This document shows, piece by piece, positions 47,131 to 59,375 of a stretch of DNA of 64,000 bases; within the stretch, counting starts at the first letter, position 1; each line of letters opens with the position of its first letter. Below the pieces are notes generated by a model. The model worked only from the letters and a program-made list of their open reading frames with translations. It made no database searches and was not told where the DNA came from. Location of the stretch: contig JAUCBJ010008389.1 of assembly GCA_032718475.1 (NCBI GenBank), positions 62,001-126,000 on the forward strand. The letters are read 5' to 3'. Source of the stretch: Nemertoderma westbladi. Taxonomy: Eukaryota; Animalia; Xenacoelomorpha. Both the position numbers and the translations under genes were made by a program.

Positions 47131-47436
47131 CAACAGTCTTCATAGAGCATCAACTTGTGATATTCTGAGAGACAAAGTATTCTGCTACACGTTTAGTATA
47201 GAAGCTAAACTTCTTAGTGTAAATAGCTTTAGTAACCATCAACCAAACGCAGGTAAAGTACGTGACGCGCAGAAATTTTAAAATATATTTTTTTTAATGT
47301 AAGTCCAAAATCCAGCGAATTGAGCACCTTGAGGTAATAAATGAGTCCACAGCAGCCAAGTCACGTACTTTACCAAATTTTCCTCGGTATTCCTACTGAA
47401 TATAGACCATCTATTTTTGTTATATTTTCTATGATG

Positions 47437-48187
47437 CTCATGGAATCACTGCTAACTGATCATACATACTGACTGCTGAAACATTGCAAACTCGTAACAA
47501 TCAGTGTTCAATTGTTGTTTTATACTGCTATTTACTGTCAGTTCTTCATAATATGGTTGATGAATTATTATATTTGGAATAACGATAAATAACCCCGAAA
47601 CCCAATATTCTTGATATACCGAAGGTAAGAGAGAAAGGTTACCAATAACGATTGTGACTTATGTTGAAGTGGTTTGAAGTGAATCTAATGTTATTTGATA
47701 GACCCTACATGAGTCAGCCTGTGTTCCTTTTATATGTGACTAAAATCAGTGAAGATTGGCAGATTAGTGTGCAGTATTGTGCAGCATTGTGTATGAGTGA
47801 GTCTGTTAAAGAAGCAATTCCTAAAGAATGCGCCATATATGTGAATTATAATTAAGCCATATCGTTGTGAGTAGTTTAAGTCATAACTCTGTTTATATAG
47901 ATAAAGCGCCACGTCCTAAAGGAACTGTTAATATTCCCGAAGGTGAATAATATTGTCAGAGATTATATAATACTGTCAGTCGAATAATACATTAGGCTTA
48001 CATAGCAATAAAATTAAACCGTCGAACCCAATCTCCCGGGAATCTCCAGCGGGTGAATGGTCGCGCACAGATTGGTTTCGACTAGTGTAGTGAATCAAAT
48101 ACTTGTCATAGACTAAAAACAGATTTAATATCTAGAAGACATCTTAATTTGGTGGGTTAAACTGCCAAAGGTCTGAAAGCGCGAACA
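47437..48187 (+). repeat. 5' LTR (left part missing)
   Basis: Near-identical to 58624-59374. Confidence 0.85.
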
Positions 48188-50379
48188 TTAAAGGATATAG
48201 CTTCTTTGTTGCAGTAAGCAATAAAGTTGAAAGTACCGGTCAACCGGTACATCTGTAGGTCAGTAGGCCCAACTGCCAGAACCGGTACCAGTAGGCCTGA
48301 CTACCTAACCACTCGGACCGGTACCTACAGCAGTACAGATACAGCAGTATTATTCGATTTTGATAGTTGTATACCGGTAGGTCTTAGTACTTAATCAGGG
48401 AACGGCCGCCCTGATTTTTTATTGAGATTTTACTTATTTCTGTCAAGTTTTATTTATTTGTAGGCCAGTATTGAACAGAAGGCGTGTAAGCCTGATCAGA
48501 TTGTACAGACGATTTGTAGGCTGAGCTGTTGTCTGATTGCTGTTAAGTGTGTAGAGCACTTGTCCGATTAAGTACGGTTAGGAAGTAGGGGCAGCCAATG
48601 CGGTAAGGTAAACCCCCAACTAAAGAATAAGTCGCACTACTGGGTTAGATCGCATACTCCCTAATCATTTCGGAGTCTGCATGTCCTGTGGTTTATTTAG
48701 GCTTGAGAGTAGTCTGCCATCGTTTAGTCTGTACTTTGTTTGTGTAAGTCTGTACGGGTAGCGTATAATTTTATTTAAATAATTTGTAGGCTGGATAGTT
48801 GTCTGGCTGTTATTATGTCTGAACGGATTGCCGCGTGTGTAGATCATCTGTCCGATTAAGTACGATTAGGCAGTAGGGGCAGCGAACGCTGTAAGGTAAA
48901 CCCCCAACTAAAGAATAAGTCGCACTACTGGGTTAGAGCGCATACTCCCTAATCATTTCGGAGTCTGCATATACCGTAGTTTGTTTAGGCTTGATAGTAG
49001 TCTGTCAGTGTTCGGTCTGTATTTTGTTTGAGTAGTTTGTACGCGTAGCGTAATATTTATTATTCAGAGTTTATGCGATTATTCGCAACATTCAAGTCCC
49101 CAAGTTTGTTCCTACAGTAATTGTGTTTGTTATACATACCGCTATAGTTAAATTAACCTCGGTACTACACGGGCTGCTTGGCGTAGGTAAAGACTGGTGA
49201 TTTTGTGCATCGGTCACTCCAGCAGATGCCGTGGTTCTTTTAGCTGTTCAAGTATATTTAATTACTGATTATCTGTTGTACAAGTACTCGTACCTAATTT
49301 AGGGTTTAGTGTACAGTGCTTTCCGAGAATAATTAGTGTAGGCATTATATTTGTGTTGTAAAGTGGTTGATAGGCACATTCGATTAGCTCTATTAACTTC
49401 TAGGTAGGGACACTCCGTGATACATAACGTAGTACCTATAGCGATACGGCTATAGGTCGTCAGGCGGTGGTATTTTCCTATCTGGACAACACAGCGTATT
49501 TACTACTACTTATTATTTCAAATACCGTAGTACCCTGTCCGTTGTAATAACCAGATTTCTAACCCTTTGTTAGGCTGGTTAGTAGACTTCTTGTAAAATT
49601 ACCCTAAAAATTCGTATTTGTGTTTTTGTAAATTTTTGTGTTTATTTAGAGATTGTAATCTCACCCGAATTGTACGTAATTTGTAGTATTAAGTAACTTA
49701 GGTAAATTAGTATTATTTGTTTTAGTGTCTCATAAGTAACACTTCATTGAAAGCGCACCGCTTTGTGTAGTGATTACCCCCAGAAATAATAACATTTATT
49801 TCAAACATTGACAAAACCCATTAAAACGGGTATATATATATTATAAATCAAATCTAACGATTTATAAATAGTAGGCCTACCATATAACAATTAGGTCTCA
49901 ATATCAGTTGGACTACTGCTCAAATAACGGTAATAAAGTAAGTAAGTAACCAAGTAACCCTAAAATACAGAAATTCAATTATTTAAAATAATTGATATAC
50001 CGGTATTTACGATAGGCCTATTATCTTTATTTCTATAAATTTAGGCTGAAATTATACCGGTACTTGTAATTAATTCTAGTCCAGAATTATATATACTATA
50101 AATTGTAAGCTGTATACCGGTATTTCCGATAGGCCTATTATATATTTATATATATTTGTGCTAAAATTATACCGGTATTCTGTGATAAACCTAGTCTGTA
50201 ATAATACTTATATAGTTATATATACTATAAGTATACCGGTATTCTAATATATTATATATATATCACGCTACACTGAGTAGCAGTACCGGTAATTAATTAC
50301 TAGGCTAGCAGTTAATACTGAGTTATTAGACTTACTCAGACTGTAATACAGCAGTAGACATTCAACAGTATACATAGTC

Positions 50380-53300
50380 ATGTCTGATACTAAGCAGAAC
50401 CTGTCAGACAGTTTATTAGATGTAACTATCTGCGACTCAGATAGAGACGTACAACCGTCTGGTCATAAATCCAGTTCACCTCCCACTGTGAGGAAGGTCA
50501 TCCCTCCAGTAGTAATAACAGAACCTAGGCTGGTCCAACATCGTAGGTCTATCATAGGCACTCGAGCTCAGGTCAAGCGGGACCAAAAGGCAGCGGAACA
50601 GCAACAACCCACTAGTCAAGAACTTATTCCTCAGCGGCCCAGCAGCTCCAGTAGTGAGGATACTGTAGAGCTGACACCCGAGAGCGGAGCAGAGATGACG
50701 GATGCGGTTTATACGGATCCCCTTCTCATCCTTCCTGCAGCCGTGCTCGCTGGGTTATTGATCGCGGTGGAAGAACACCAGATCGATTGGGCGAGAAGTC
50801 AACGGTCAACTAGAGATAGTTACGCGGGATACACTAGTGAAGAACTGAAGTCTATTGTCGAGTCGCAATGGAACTTCCCCGGACCCGGACTCCCGTTTGA
50901 TTTATCAGAAGCTGCCTGGGAAGACATACACCGGATGGGAGTAGCCAAGGAAACCATCGATCCAGCTGTGTGGAAGAGGTCCGCAGCCGGATACGCACAG
51001 GGATTCTTCAGCTCTATGGAGCGAATAGAAAAGCAACTTTTTCAACAACCTCAAGGACCTCAAGAGCAGGGATCGCTGCTTTATCAAGTTAGAGAAAGAG
51101 TTCTGCGGATTAGGCTAATCTTATCCGCCTTTGAGGAGGCTTCTAAAAGAAAACAAGACACGTCGTTGCAAGTTGCCGTAAAGACTTGGTTTCAACGGGT
51201 GAGTCGCCAGGTTCAAGGAGCAGCTCAGTGGAAAGCTCAGTTGGAGGAGCGCTCAACCCATGGAGAATCAACAGACGCTACTTTTTCCCAAGTGGAAAGT
51301 GAAGCGACGGCAGAGAAACCGCATAAGAGGGATGCCATTGATATCTATCTGTCAGACTATCAGCGTTTTTTGGGAGATGAAGAGTTGAGGAGAAGGCTAG
51401 AGGGACTTAGCCCTAATAGCGAAGGAGCCAAACTCGTGTTAGATGCGATTGATGTGGATAGGTTAGCGGCGAACCAAGCTAAATTCGATGAACAACTCCG
51501 CATCGCTAGAGAACAAGAAGAACAAGTAAAGAAAAAACGTATAGAAGATAGAAAGACAACGGCAGTGGCAGCAGCAGTGGCAGCGGCAGAAGCCGAAAGA
51601 AAAGCGGCACTGGCAATAGCAGAGGCAGCGGCAGAAACCGAAAGAAAAGCGGCACTGGCAATAGCAGAGGCAGTGGTAGAAGCAGAACGGAGGGCATCTG
51701 AAGAGGCAACCCAACTAGAGTTGGAAATTCTTCAAGAGAAGCAAGACAACTTCAATAAACAGTTAACAGCGAGCAATATGCAGATGATGAGTCGATCTAC
51801 TCCCAAGAGACAGGGGTATACATCATCTGAGGAAGGCGATACCACCGACACTGAAGGCGGAGGAAATCGATCTCGCCCAAGCAGACGTAAAAGAACATTC
51901 CACCGGCAGAAATTGCCTGATTTGCCTCCAGCTGTTAGAAGGCAACTAAATAACACCAAAGTAGGTAGTACAGAATCCACAGACCAAATAATTACAATAG
52001 AGAGACTCCCTACTATAGTAGATGAGCCTGAAATAATTAGGCCTGTTCTTGAAATCACCCCTTCGGTGATAGACATACCTGTGCTCCCTGAGACTACCTC
52101 TAAATTCCCTTTGCATAGCACTAAGCTACCTGTGCCCCGTAGAACTGCCCCGGATACAGTTCAGGTCCTGGACCCCGAGCGAATTATTCATAATTTGTCG
52201 CCCGTTGTCCCTCGTCCGCCCGCTACGACGTTGGCGGATCCCGTTTCGGCGGTTGATTGGGTAGACGAGAGACGGCGGGGGATGGATATTCTCCTCGGAG
52301 AGATGAAGGAGAATCGGATACGCTCCTCCCAACAGGTCCGAGAGTTGGAAGGGACTGTCCAACATTTAAAGGGAACAGTGAGGGAAAGCAAGTTAGAGTT
52401 GCAAGAAGTGCAGCAAAATATCGCGCTAGAGCGCGATAAATTAGTAAATTTACAAAAGGGTATACCACCACCCCCTGTAACAATGTGTCAACCCGTTAGG
52501 TCTGAAGTATCTCATGCGCAAGGTGTGGAGCCTACACGCATCTATACTGCTAGCGAAGTAGAAACTCCTATAGTGAACCCTATTAAGGGTAATTATAGAC
52601 CTGTTGATAGTGATATTCCCTATAGACTGGATCATAATCCGAGAAATTTATATACCGATACCTCGATATTAAATAGCACGATGGCCCAAGAAAGTTTTAC
52701 GCGTCAAATGGCTAGAACCGAAGCCCGGCAAGCGGTAAAGGTTGGAGAGATCGTAAAGTTCAATGGAGATGAGATGAAGTGGTTACCTTTTAATGAATAT
52801 TACAAAGATAACATACAGAACTCTGTACTATCTAATGGAGAAAAACTTAGATACCTCATCGAGTGCTTGGAAGGATCTCCCAAGTTAATGGCGTTAAGGT
52901 TTATTGGACATCCAGACGGATTAAGACAAGTTTGGGATACACTAAACATCAGGTATGGTAATAGGAATAACATAGCTGGGTATTTGTATGCAAAGTTGGT
53001 AGCGCCCCGAAAGTTTATTAGCAGCGGGATTATAGAGTTTTCCGATGAAATTCAGGAGAGCTGCAGACAATTAGATTGGCTAGGTAAGTCTCATGAGTAT
53101 CAGAGTGCTATGGTTATTAGAGCAGTGGCTTCTGCTTTACCGAAGGGTGGAGTAGGTACACGCTGGGATAGGAAAGTGTTATATATGATGGAACAACAAC
53201 GACGAGACCCTACCATGGCTGATCTCATGTCATTCTTAGATGGAGAAGTGAAATTACAGCTCCTAAGGCAGTCTAGAGAGAAGACATTGGAAAACAAGGT

Positions 53301-55329
53301 AAGTGAGAAACCCGTTTCTAGGAGAAGGGTAACACCAGTATGTTATACCGACGACGGTGAAAGCCAAACTTCTCAAGGGGAGGACAGCGGGAAAGACACT
53401 GACAGATCTTATGTCAATAAAATGCCTAAAGATCAGGTAAGTAAATCCGAGTCTCGACCCAATGACAGAAGGGAACCGGTACAAAAAACCCTTCCTACGT
53501 CTCCTAAAAGAATTCAGGTGAGAAAGCCCGAGGAAAGAACAAGTGTGCACCACATAGCACAGGTTAAAGTAAGTAACATCAAGCCGAAATGTGTGCTGTG
53601 CGACGGGCCCCACCGTTTAAATGCGTGTGATAAATTCCTGAGGAAATCACTAAAGGATAGACGTGAAGTCATGTGGGATAAGCGGTTGTGTTATAATTGC
53701 CTCAGACGAGGACACCAACGGCGAACCTGTAACTCCGACGCAAGGTGTGCAAAGTGCGGCGCAAAACATCATATCTTGTTACACACGGAATTCGAACGAA
53801 GCAGCCCGAGTCAGGTAAGTGAGTCCGAACTACATGTCCAATTCAGTGATGTGAACGACACTGATCAATCTGAGATGGAAGGATTCTATACGGACGAGTT
53901 CTCCGACCAAAACGAATCCTGTTACCTAATAAACACCACCGCAGTGTATCGAGCACTCGTGTATGAAAAAGACACAGACAGCGACCTCACCCTAACTACT
54001 TCAGATCAACAACCATCTTGGAAAGCGCCAACTTCCAATATAGGAATCCGAGAATTTCCTGTAGTCCAGTTACGGGTCCACGGACCTCAGAAGAGCTATA
54101 TAGTGAACGCCCTCCTGGACTCCGGTAGCACAGGAACATTCATCGATAAAGAACTAGCCGAAGTCATCTTTGCTGGACAACCCATGTTCCGAACCAAGCT
54201 AAACATGTCAGGAATCATGCAAGTTTGGAAATCTACAGTAACAGCTGATTATTATGTAGGCGCGTTGTCCACCCCCCAGGACGAACTAGGAGAACATAGC
54301 ATAAGGTCAGTGAAAATGGTGGCTATAAAGAACTTCGCTACTACTCAAGCAGACCTTTATAATTGGGACGAGGATGAGAGCATCCAACATCTTAACATAC
54401 CTCGATTCCAGACTGATTATCCTGGAGTGCAAATACTCATCGGCCAAAACGCGCATGAGGCGCTGGAGACATTAGAGAAACGACCTGCTCAACCGCAGCC
54501 ACTACAGACCTATGCGGTAAGAACTAGAGTAGGTTGGTACCTTACTGGACCTTCCCGTAGAATGCTCAGGGAAAGACTGCTTCAAGATCGCGTCTGCCAG
54601 GTGAGTGAATGGGAAGATGATACTAGTGAGGGAGACGACCCAACTGAGGGAACACCACACTCCTCAGATAATGACAATCTTAGCTCCAATGTAGATCAAT
54701 GGAGATATTGCCCCAAGAAGTTTAATCCAACGGACATCGCTTTCAGAGGAGCGACTCCTCAAGAACTGACAGATACTATAGACCGGTTAGGTGAACCCGA
54801 CTTCCTGAGTAAGGAGAATGAATGGCCTCCCCATCTTACTCCGACTGAGATTAGACCAGCCAAGGGAGCGGAGAAAGTCGAACCTGAAACCCGGACGGGT
54901 GGATCGGAGTTATTTGAACCCGGGATAGATCTGTCGGTATTACATGTTGCCAGGGACGACGCCGTGGATCTGGGCCTCCCCTCCGCGAGTGGATCCTTCA
55001 TGAAGATCAGAGAGAGCGATTGGAGCTCTGGAACATCAGACGTCTCTCAGGGACTCTCACCTCTCCTGCAGAGAGCGACGGACCACTATAGCTCCTGGAA
55101 TCGGCTTTGTGACGCCGTCATATACTTTGAGCGATGTTTCTATCGTCACTATTCCAGGACGAAGAGGAAACCTGGAATTGTATTCAGGATGCAGCGACTC
55201 AATCACCCAGTCGGTCGTTTGTGTTTATCGGAAGGGAATGGAGGACTCTCCGGAAACTGTGGAAGGCAAGATTCTCTTCCCACGACCACCTCCCTAATCC
55301 TTCAAACATCTAGGGACTCCATAACGTAA
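50380..55329 (+). CDS. BEL/Pao Gag-protease polyprotein with in-frame loss of RT/RNase H core and no integrase, 1649 aa
   Basis: Gag core KFNGDEMKWLPF...EKLRYLIECLEG...WDTLNIRYG. Three knuckles (CVLCDGPHRLNAC, CYNCLRRGHQRRTC, CAKCGAKHHILLH). Protease ALLDSGS and ILIGQN...RTRVGWYLTGP, then directly QWRYCPKKFNPTDIAFRG...PDFL...WP and YSSWNRL. Confidence 0.9.
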   Translation: MSDTKQNLSDSLLDVTICDSDRDVQPSGHKSSSPPTVRKVIPPVVITEPRLVQHRRSIIGTRAQVKRDQKAAEQQQPTSQELIPQRPSSSSSEDTVELTPESGAEMTDAVYTDPLLILPAAVLAGLLIAVEEHQIDWARSQRSTRDSYAGYTSEELKSIVESQWNFPGPGLPFDLSEAAWEDIHRMGVAKETIDPAVWKRSAAGYAQGFFSSMERIEKQLFQQPQGPQEQGSLLYQVRERVLRIRLILSAFEEASKRKQDTSLQVAVKTWFQRVSRQVQGAAQWKAQLEERSTHGESTDATFSQVESEATAEKPHKRDAIDIYLSDYQRFLGDEELRRRLEGLSPNSEGAKLVLDAIDVDRLAANQAKFDEQLRIAREQEEQVKKKRIEDRKTTAVAAAVAAAEAERKAALAIAEAAAETERKAALAIAEAVVEAERRASEEATQLELEILQEKQDNFNKQLTASNMQMMSRSTPKRQGYTSSEEGDTTDTEGGGNRSRPSRRKRTFHRQKLPDLPPAVRRQLNNTKVGSTESTDQIITIERLPTIVDEPEIIRPVLEITPSVIDIPVLPETTSKFPLHSTKLPVPRRTAPDTVQVLDPERIIHNLSPVVPRPPATTLADPVSAVDWVDERRRGMDILLGEMKENRIRSSQQVRELEGTVQHLKGTVRESKLELQEVQQNIALERDKLVNLQKGIPPPPVTMCQPVRSEVSHAQGVEPTRIYTASEVETPIVNPIKGNYRPVDSDIPYRLDHNPRNLYTDTSILNSTMAQESFTRQMARTEARQAVKVGEIVKFNGDEMKWLPFNEYYKDNIQNSVLSNGEKLRYLIECLEGSPKLMALRFIGHPDGLRQVWDTLNIRYGNRNNIAGYLYAKLVAPRKFISSGIIEFSDEIQESCRQLDWLGKSHEYQSAMVIRAVASALPKGGVGTRWDRKVLYMMEQQRRDPTMADLMSFLDGEVKLQLLRQSREKTLENKVSEKPVSRRRVTPVCYTDDGESQTSQGEDSGKDTDRSYVNKMPKDQVSKSESRPNDRREPVQKTLPTSPKRIQVRKPEERTSVHHIAQVKVSNIKPKCVLCDGPHRLNACDKFLRKSLKDRREVMWDKRLCYNCLRRGHQRRTCNSDARCAKCGAKHHILLHTEFERSSPSQVSESELHVQFSDVNDTDQSEMEGFYTDEFSDQNESCYLINTTAVYRALVYEKDTDSDLTLTTSDQQPSWKAPTSNIGIREFPVVQLRVHGPQKSYIVNALLDSGSTGTFIDKELAEVIFAGQPMFRTKLNMSGIMQVWKSTVTADYYVGALSTPQDELGEHSIRSVKMVAIKNFATTQADLYNWDEDESIQHLNIPRFQTDYPGVQILIGQNAHEALETLEKRPAQPQPLQTYAVRTRVGWYLTGPSRRMLRERLLQDRVCQVSEWEDDTSEGDDPTEGTPHSSDNDNLSSNVDQWRYCPKKFNPTDIAFRGATPQELTDTIDRLGEPDFLSKENEWPPHLTPTEIRPAKGAEKVEPETRTGGSELFEPGIDLSVLHVARDDAVDLGLPSASGSFMKIRESDWSSGTSDVSQGLSPLLQRATDHYSSWNRLCDAVIYFERCFYRHYSRTKRKPGIVFRMQRLNHPVGRLCLSEGNGGLSGNCGRQDSLPTTTSLILQTSRDSIT

Positions 55330-58139
55330 CAACATATGGAGTGGGTGTGTGACTCTATTATTTTATATTATTATTATTATTTTTATATTTATGTATGTAT
55401 TACTATGTAATTTTATTATAATCGTTTTATTTAATTTAGTAGAATATTATTTAGCGATTATTTTGTAGAATAGTGCAATATATTCGTGTTTATTATGTAC
55501 ATACTTACTTATATTATATTTAGTGCGACGGCGAAGAAATAATTATTTTTCTCTTTCCTTACTGTCCGTATTATATTATAAATACGTAACTACAGTAAGA
55601 TGAAATGTCTGTACTTATTAAAGTACAATAAAGCCACTACTATATTTAAGTATTATTGGTAGGCAGAGTATTAGGAATGCAAAGTTCAGATCCTCGTGTC
55701 TCGGCTAAACCAAGCTCTGGGTAGACCTTGGAAACGACTTGCCTCTTCACACTGACATTGCTTCGTGCGATATTGCTCTCATACCGTATATTAAATAATA
55801 CATATAGTAGCGTGATGTCCCTTTAACAGTAGCGTATAACGCAAAATAAATCTGTTAAACCCTTTGACCATCTGTAATTCTAGTCGATTAAGATATCGTG
55901 GCACCCACCGATATACTTGAAAGACAAATTATAGAATCAGTGGTTAACGTCCCCAGACAAGTTCTGGAATAAATCGGTGCCCATCTCAAATATTAATTAG
56001 TTAATATTTACAAATCAAATAAGTCAAAATCTGTAAAATTCAGATCCTTCAACAATTCTAGTCAATTAAGATATCGTAGCATTTACCGATATTCTTAAAA
56101 AAGACAATTGTCATAGAATTAAGGATCTTGTGTCCCTAGACATGTTCTAGAATCAAAATATGTCCATTTAATTATCAAATAATAAAATTTCAGGGAATAA
56201 ATTTAAATTCATGTCTTTTAATGAATTTAATAAATTGCCATTTTTACGCAATTTATAAAGTTCCCAAAATTCCATTAATTAATAGATCAAGGGAGCGGAG
56301 ATTTATCTTATCATGCGTATGAGTGTGTGAAAGTCTCCCAAACATAGTCAATAGCCGATAAAATTCATAAAGTCATGTATAAAACAGAACATTGACTATT
56401 AAAGAATACTATTAAATAACATCCCAGATCTGTATGCATTGGAATTACTCTAATTCTACCGCTAGCTTTGCATAATGTCACCATAGCAACAACCACGCTA
56501 GAATTAGAATTGAGTTAAAAGAACAATAGAAAGCTTGTCCCATTAAATAGCATAGGGAATAAATAGCGCACTACTAGTATCCAAGGATACATAATAATAC
56601 AGTGACATTCTGGAAGGTATTGACTAACGGACAAATTGCCCGAATGTGTGTAATTTGTGACAAGTTGTGTGTGTGGTATTTGTGAGTTTATAGGTGAATG
56701 TTACTGCTAAGGTGTGTTTACAGTAGCCAGTCGCAATCGTAAAGTAACCTAACTCTCCAAGGAATACCTGAAGTACATCTAAGCCTTTGGGACGGACAGT
56801 CGAGTGACTTGTGCCAGTTGTCGTTGTCGTTGTGCGGCTACGTCGTTGGCGAAAGTACGGCGGCGACGACACATCGGCGCTGAGGATCTCGTCCTGTCCG
56901 GGGGTTGATTGAGGTAGGCAGCGACGCCCGCTCGCCTAAATATAAACTCATTATAATATGGATAAACTCATATATAGCAGATATGACGGAGTTGATAGAA
57001 GATGGTCTTGTCATCCTATCGATTTACACAATACGGACTATGTCGGCTATATATCCTGCCCAGCGGAGTCGGAACCATAAACGGAAATTCGAATGCGAAA
57101 ATTCTATTCGAAATCGACTCGAAAGAAAAGACACTTAAGAAACAAATGGACGCGGTAACTCCAACGTATATTTGGAATTCTTGATAGAAGCATTGTAACA
57201 ACAAATAAATATCACCCGCGTTTACCCTACCAGACGTGCGTCTTTGGTATTATTACGATAAATGCCCTAGACCCAACTAATAAACGGAAAGACATAAACA
57301 TCCACGTAAACCGAAACTTGTTGACGTATCACCTATGCTCACTCGGTTCGAACGATCCTGGAGTAAACCTACGATCAGAGTCCCGGAATACTCGGTCAAA
57401 CCTCCTCATTCCTTAGTTGGACCTCAGACCTGCGATCTTGGTGGTGTCGCGGATCCTCGCGGACTGTATTCACTGTTCAAAGATCTAGTGCTACCCTAAC
57501 AATTAATCGGTAACACTCCGACAGTGATTTCTAGCTAGCCGCCCATCTTACCTAGCCGGATTGTGACGCGGACACCTAATATCACTATCCAACCGTATGG
57601 TCGTCCACGTTTAACGCGATACAACCCCTCATCAAGGTGAAGGAGAGCGTTGTACGAAACGAGTTAAACGCTATTTTATAAAGATCAAAAAGGAAACCTG
57701 CGTTTGTTCAGATAAACGTAAGTTATAACAGTGAGTCCAATCGATAAACGAATTGGCCTTATCTCAATTCGATTGGGAAATCCAGAATCTCTAAGAAGTT
57801 ATCGAACTTGGACGATCCTATTCTCTGCGAGAGTTTTTGGATGAACGTATCCAGCTACGAGCGGAGGAAAATCAGCTCGAGGAGAAGCAGATCGAAACGG
57901 CAGATACCTCGACCACAATCCTACACCTTCTGATGCAATCATATTGCACCCTTCACCCAGGAGTTATGGCCCTCCTAGTAAAGTGGCTCCCCCCAAAGAG
58001 AAAAAGACTCTTGCTAGCCTCAAAAAACTGCGTAAACGCCGTCTGCGTAAGAAAGACTAACTGTTTAGAGTATCTTTATGTTTTTAGAAACTGTGATTTT
58101 TATATTTTATAGACTGAAAATCCCATTTTCTGGGAGCGG

Positions 58140-59374
58140 TGTAAAAGCCTTTGCTGAATTGCCCCGTTATTTTTATTATCTTTTACATTAAAATACTCTG
58201 TAGTTGATTTAATAAGTGTAAGAGACCGTATTATTGCTGTATCGGTGTTTTTAGAGGATCTAAGACCTATTTCCTCCGTATGTGTACTGTGAAAGGCATA
58301 TTTTATGATTCTATGGCAATTCGTGACGCAAAGGGGTGATAGCTACTCTTGAACAGTAGTTACTATGACTACGGTTAACAGCTGACATTCATACGTGTTG
58401 ATTTCCTTTGTTCTACGGCGTCTCTCAGTTCAGTCAGCCAATTAGAGCGTTTTGTGGCTCCTTGTACAGAAAATTTCCGAGAAATGACGCAATGCCTATG
58501 TGCAGTGTTTACATTCAGTCCTGAGCCAAAGAAAGAACGGCTTGAAAGTATTTTGTGCTTTACTGTTTTTAGTCTTACACTAGTAGGTTTAATTACAAGG
58601 ACATATATCCTTTAACTACCTGACTCATGGAATCACTGCTAACTGATCATACATACTGACTGCTGAAACATTGCAAACTCGTAACAATCAGTGTTCAATT
58701 GTTGTTTTATACTGCTATTTACTGTCAGTTCTTCATAATATGGTTGATGAATTATTATATTTGGAATAACGATAAATAACCCCGAAACCCAATATTCTTG
58801 ATATACCGAAGGTAAGAGAGAAAGGTTACCAATAACGATTGTGACTTATGTTGAAGTGGTTTGAAGTGAATCTAATGTTATTTGATAGACCCTACATGAG
58901 TCAGCCTGTGTTCCTTTTATATGTGACTAAAATCAGTGAAGATTGGCAGATTAGTGTGCAGTATTGTGCAGCATTGTGTATGAGTGAGTCTGTTAAAGAA
59001 GCAATTCCTAAAGAATGCGCCATATATGTGAATTATAATTAAGCCATATCGTTGTGAGTAGTTTAAGTCATAACTCTGTTTATATAGATAAAGCGCCACG
59101 TCCTAAAGGAACTGTTAATATTCCCGAAGGTGAATAATATTGTCAGAGATTATATAATACTGTCAGTCGAATAATACATTAGGCTTACATAGCAATAAAA
59201 TTAAACCGTCGAACCCAATCTCCCGGGAATCTCCAGCGGGTGAATGGTCGCGCACGGATTGGTTTCGACTAGTGTAGTGAATCAAATACTTGTCATAGAC
59301 TAAAAACAGATTTAATATCTAGAAGACATCTTAATTTGGTGGGTTAAACTGCCAAAGGTCTGAAAGCGCGAACA
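58140..59374 (+). repeat. 3' LTR (~1.2 kb; left boundary inferred)
   Basis: TG start after a purine-rich GGGAGCGG; CA end; last 751 bp match the 5' copy. Confidence 0.7.
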
Positions 59375-59375
59375 A

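Larger units (their letters stand above)
47437..59374 (+). mobile_element. Non-autonomous BEL/Pao LTR element (gag-protease only); 5' LTR truncated
   Basis: 751-bp direct repeat 47437-48187 / 58624-59374 ending ...GCGCGAACA, one visible mismatch. The 3' LTR probably starts TGTAAAAG at 58140 after GGGAGCGG. One long internal ORF. Confidence 0.85.

Noticed and set aside
56600-58110. Possible env-like or extra ORF in the BEL 3' region
   Set aside because: GC-elevated, but only short ORFs with no recognisable envelope, integrase or other motif.
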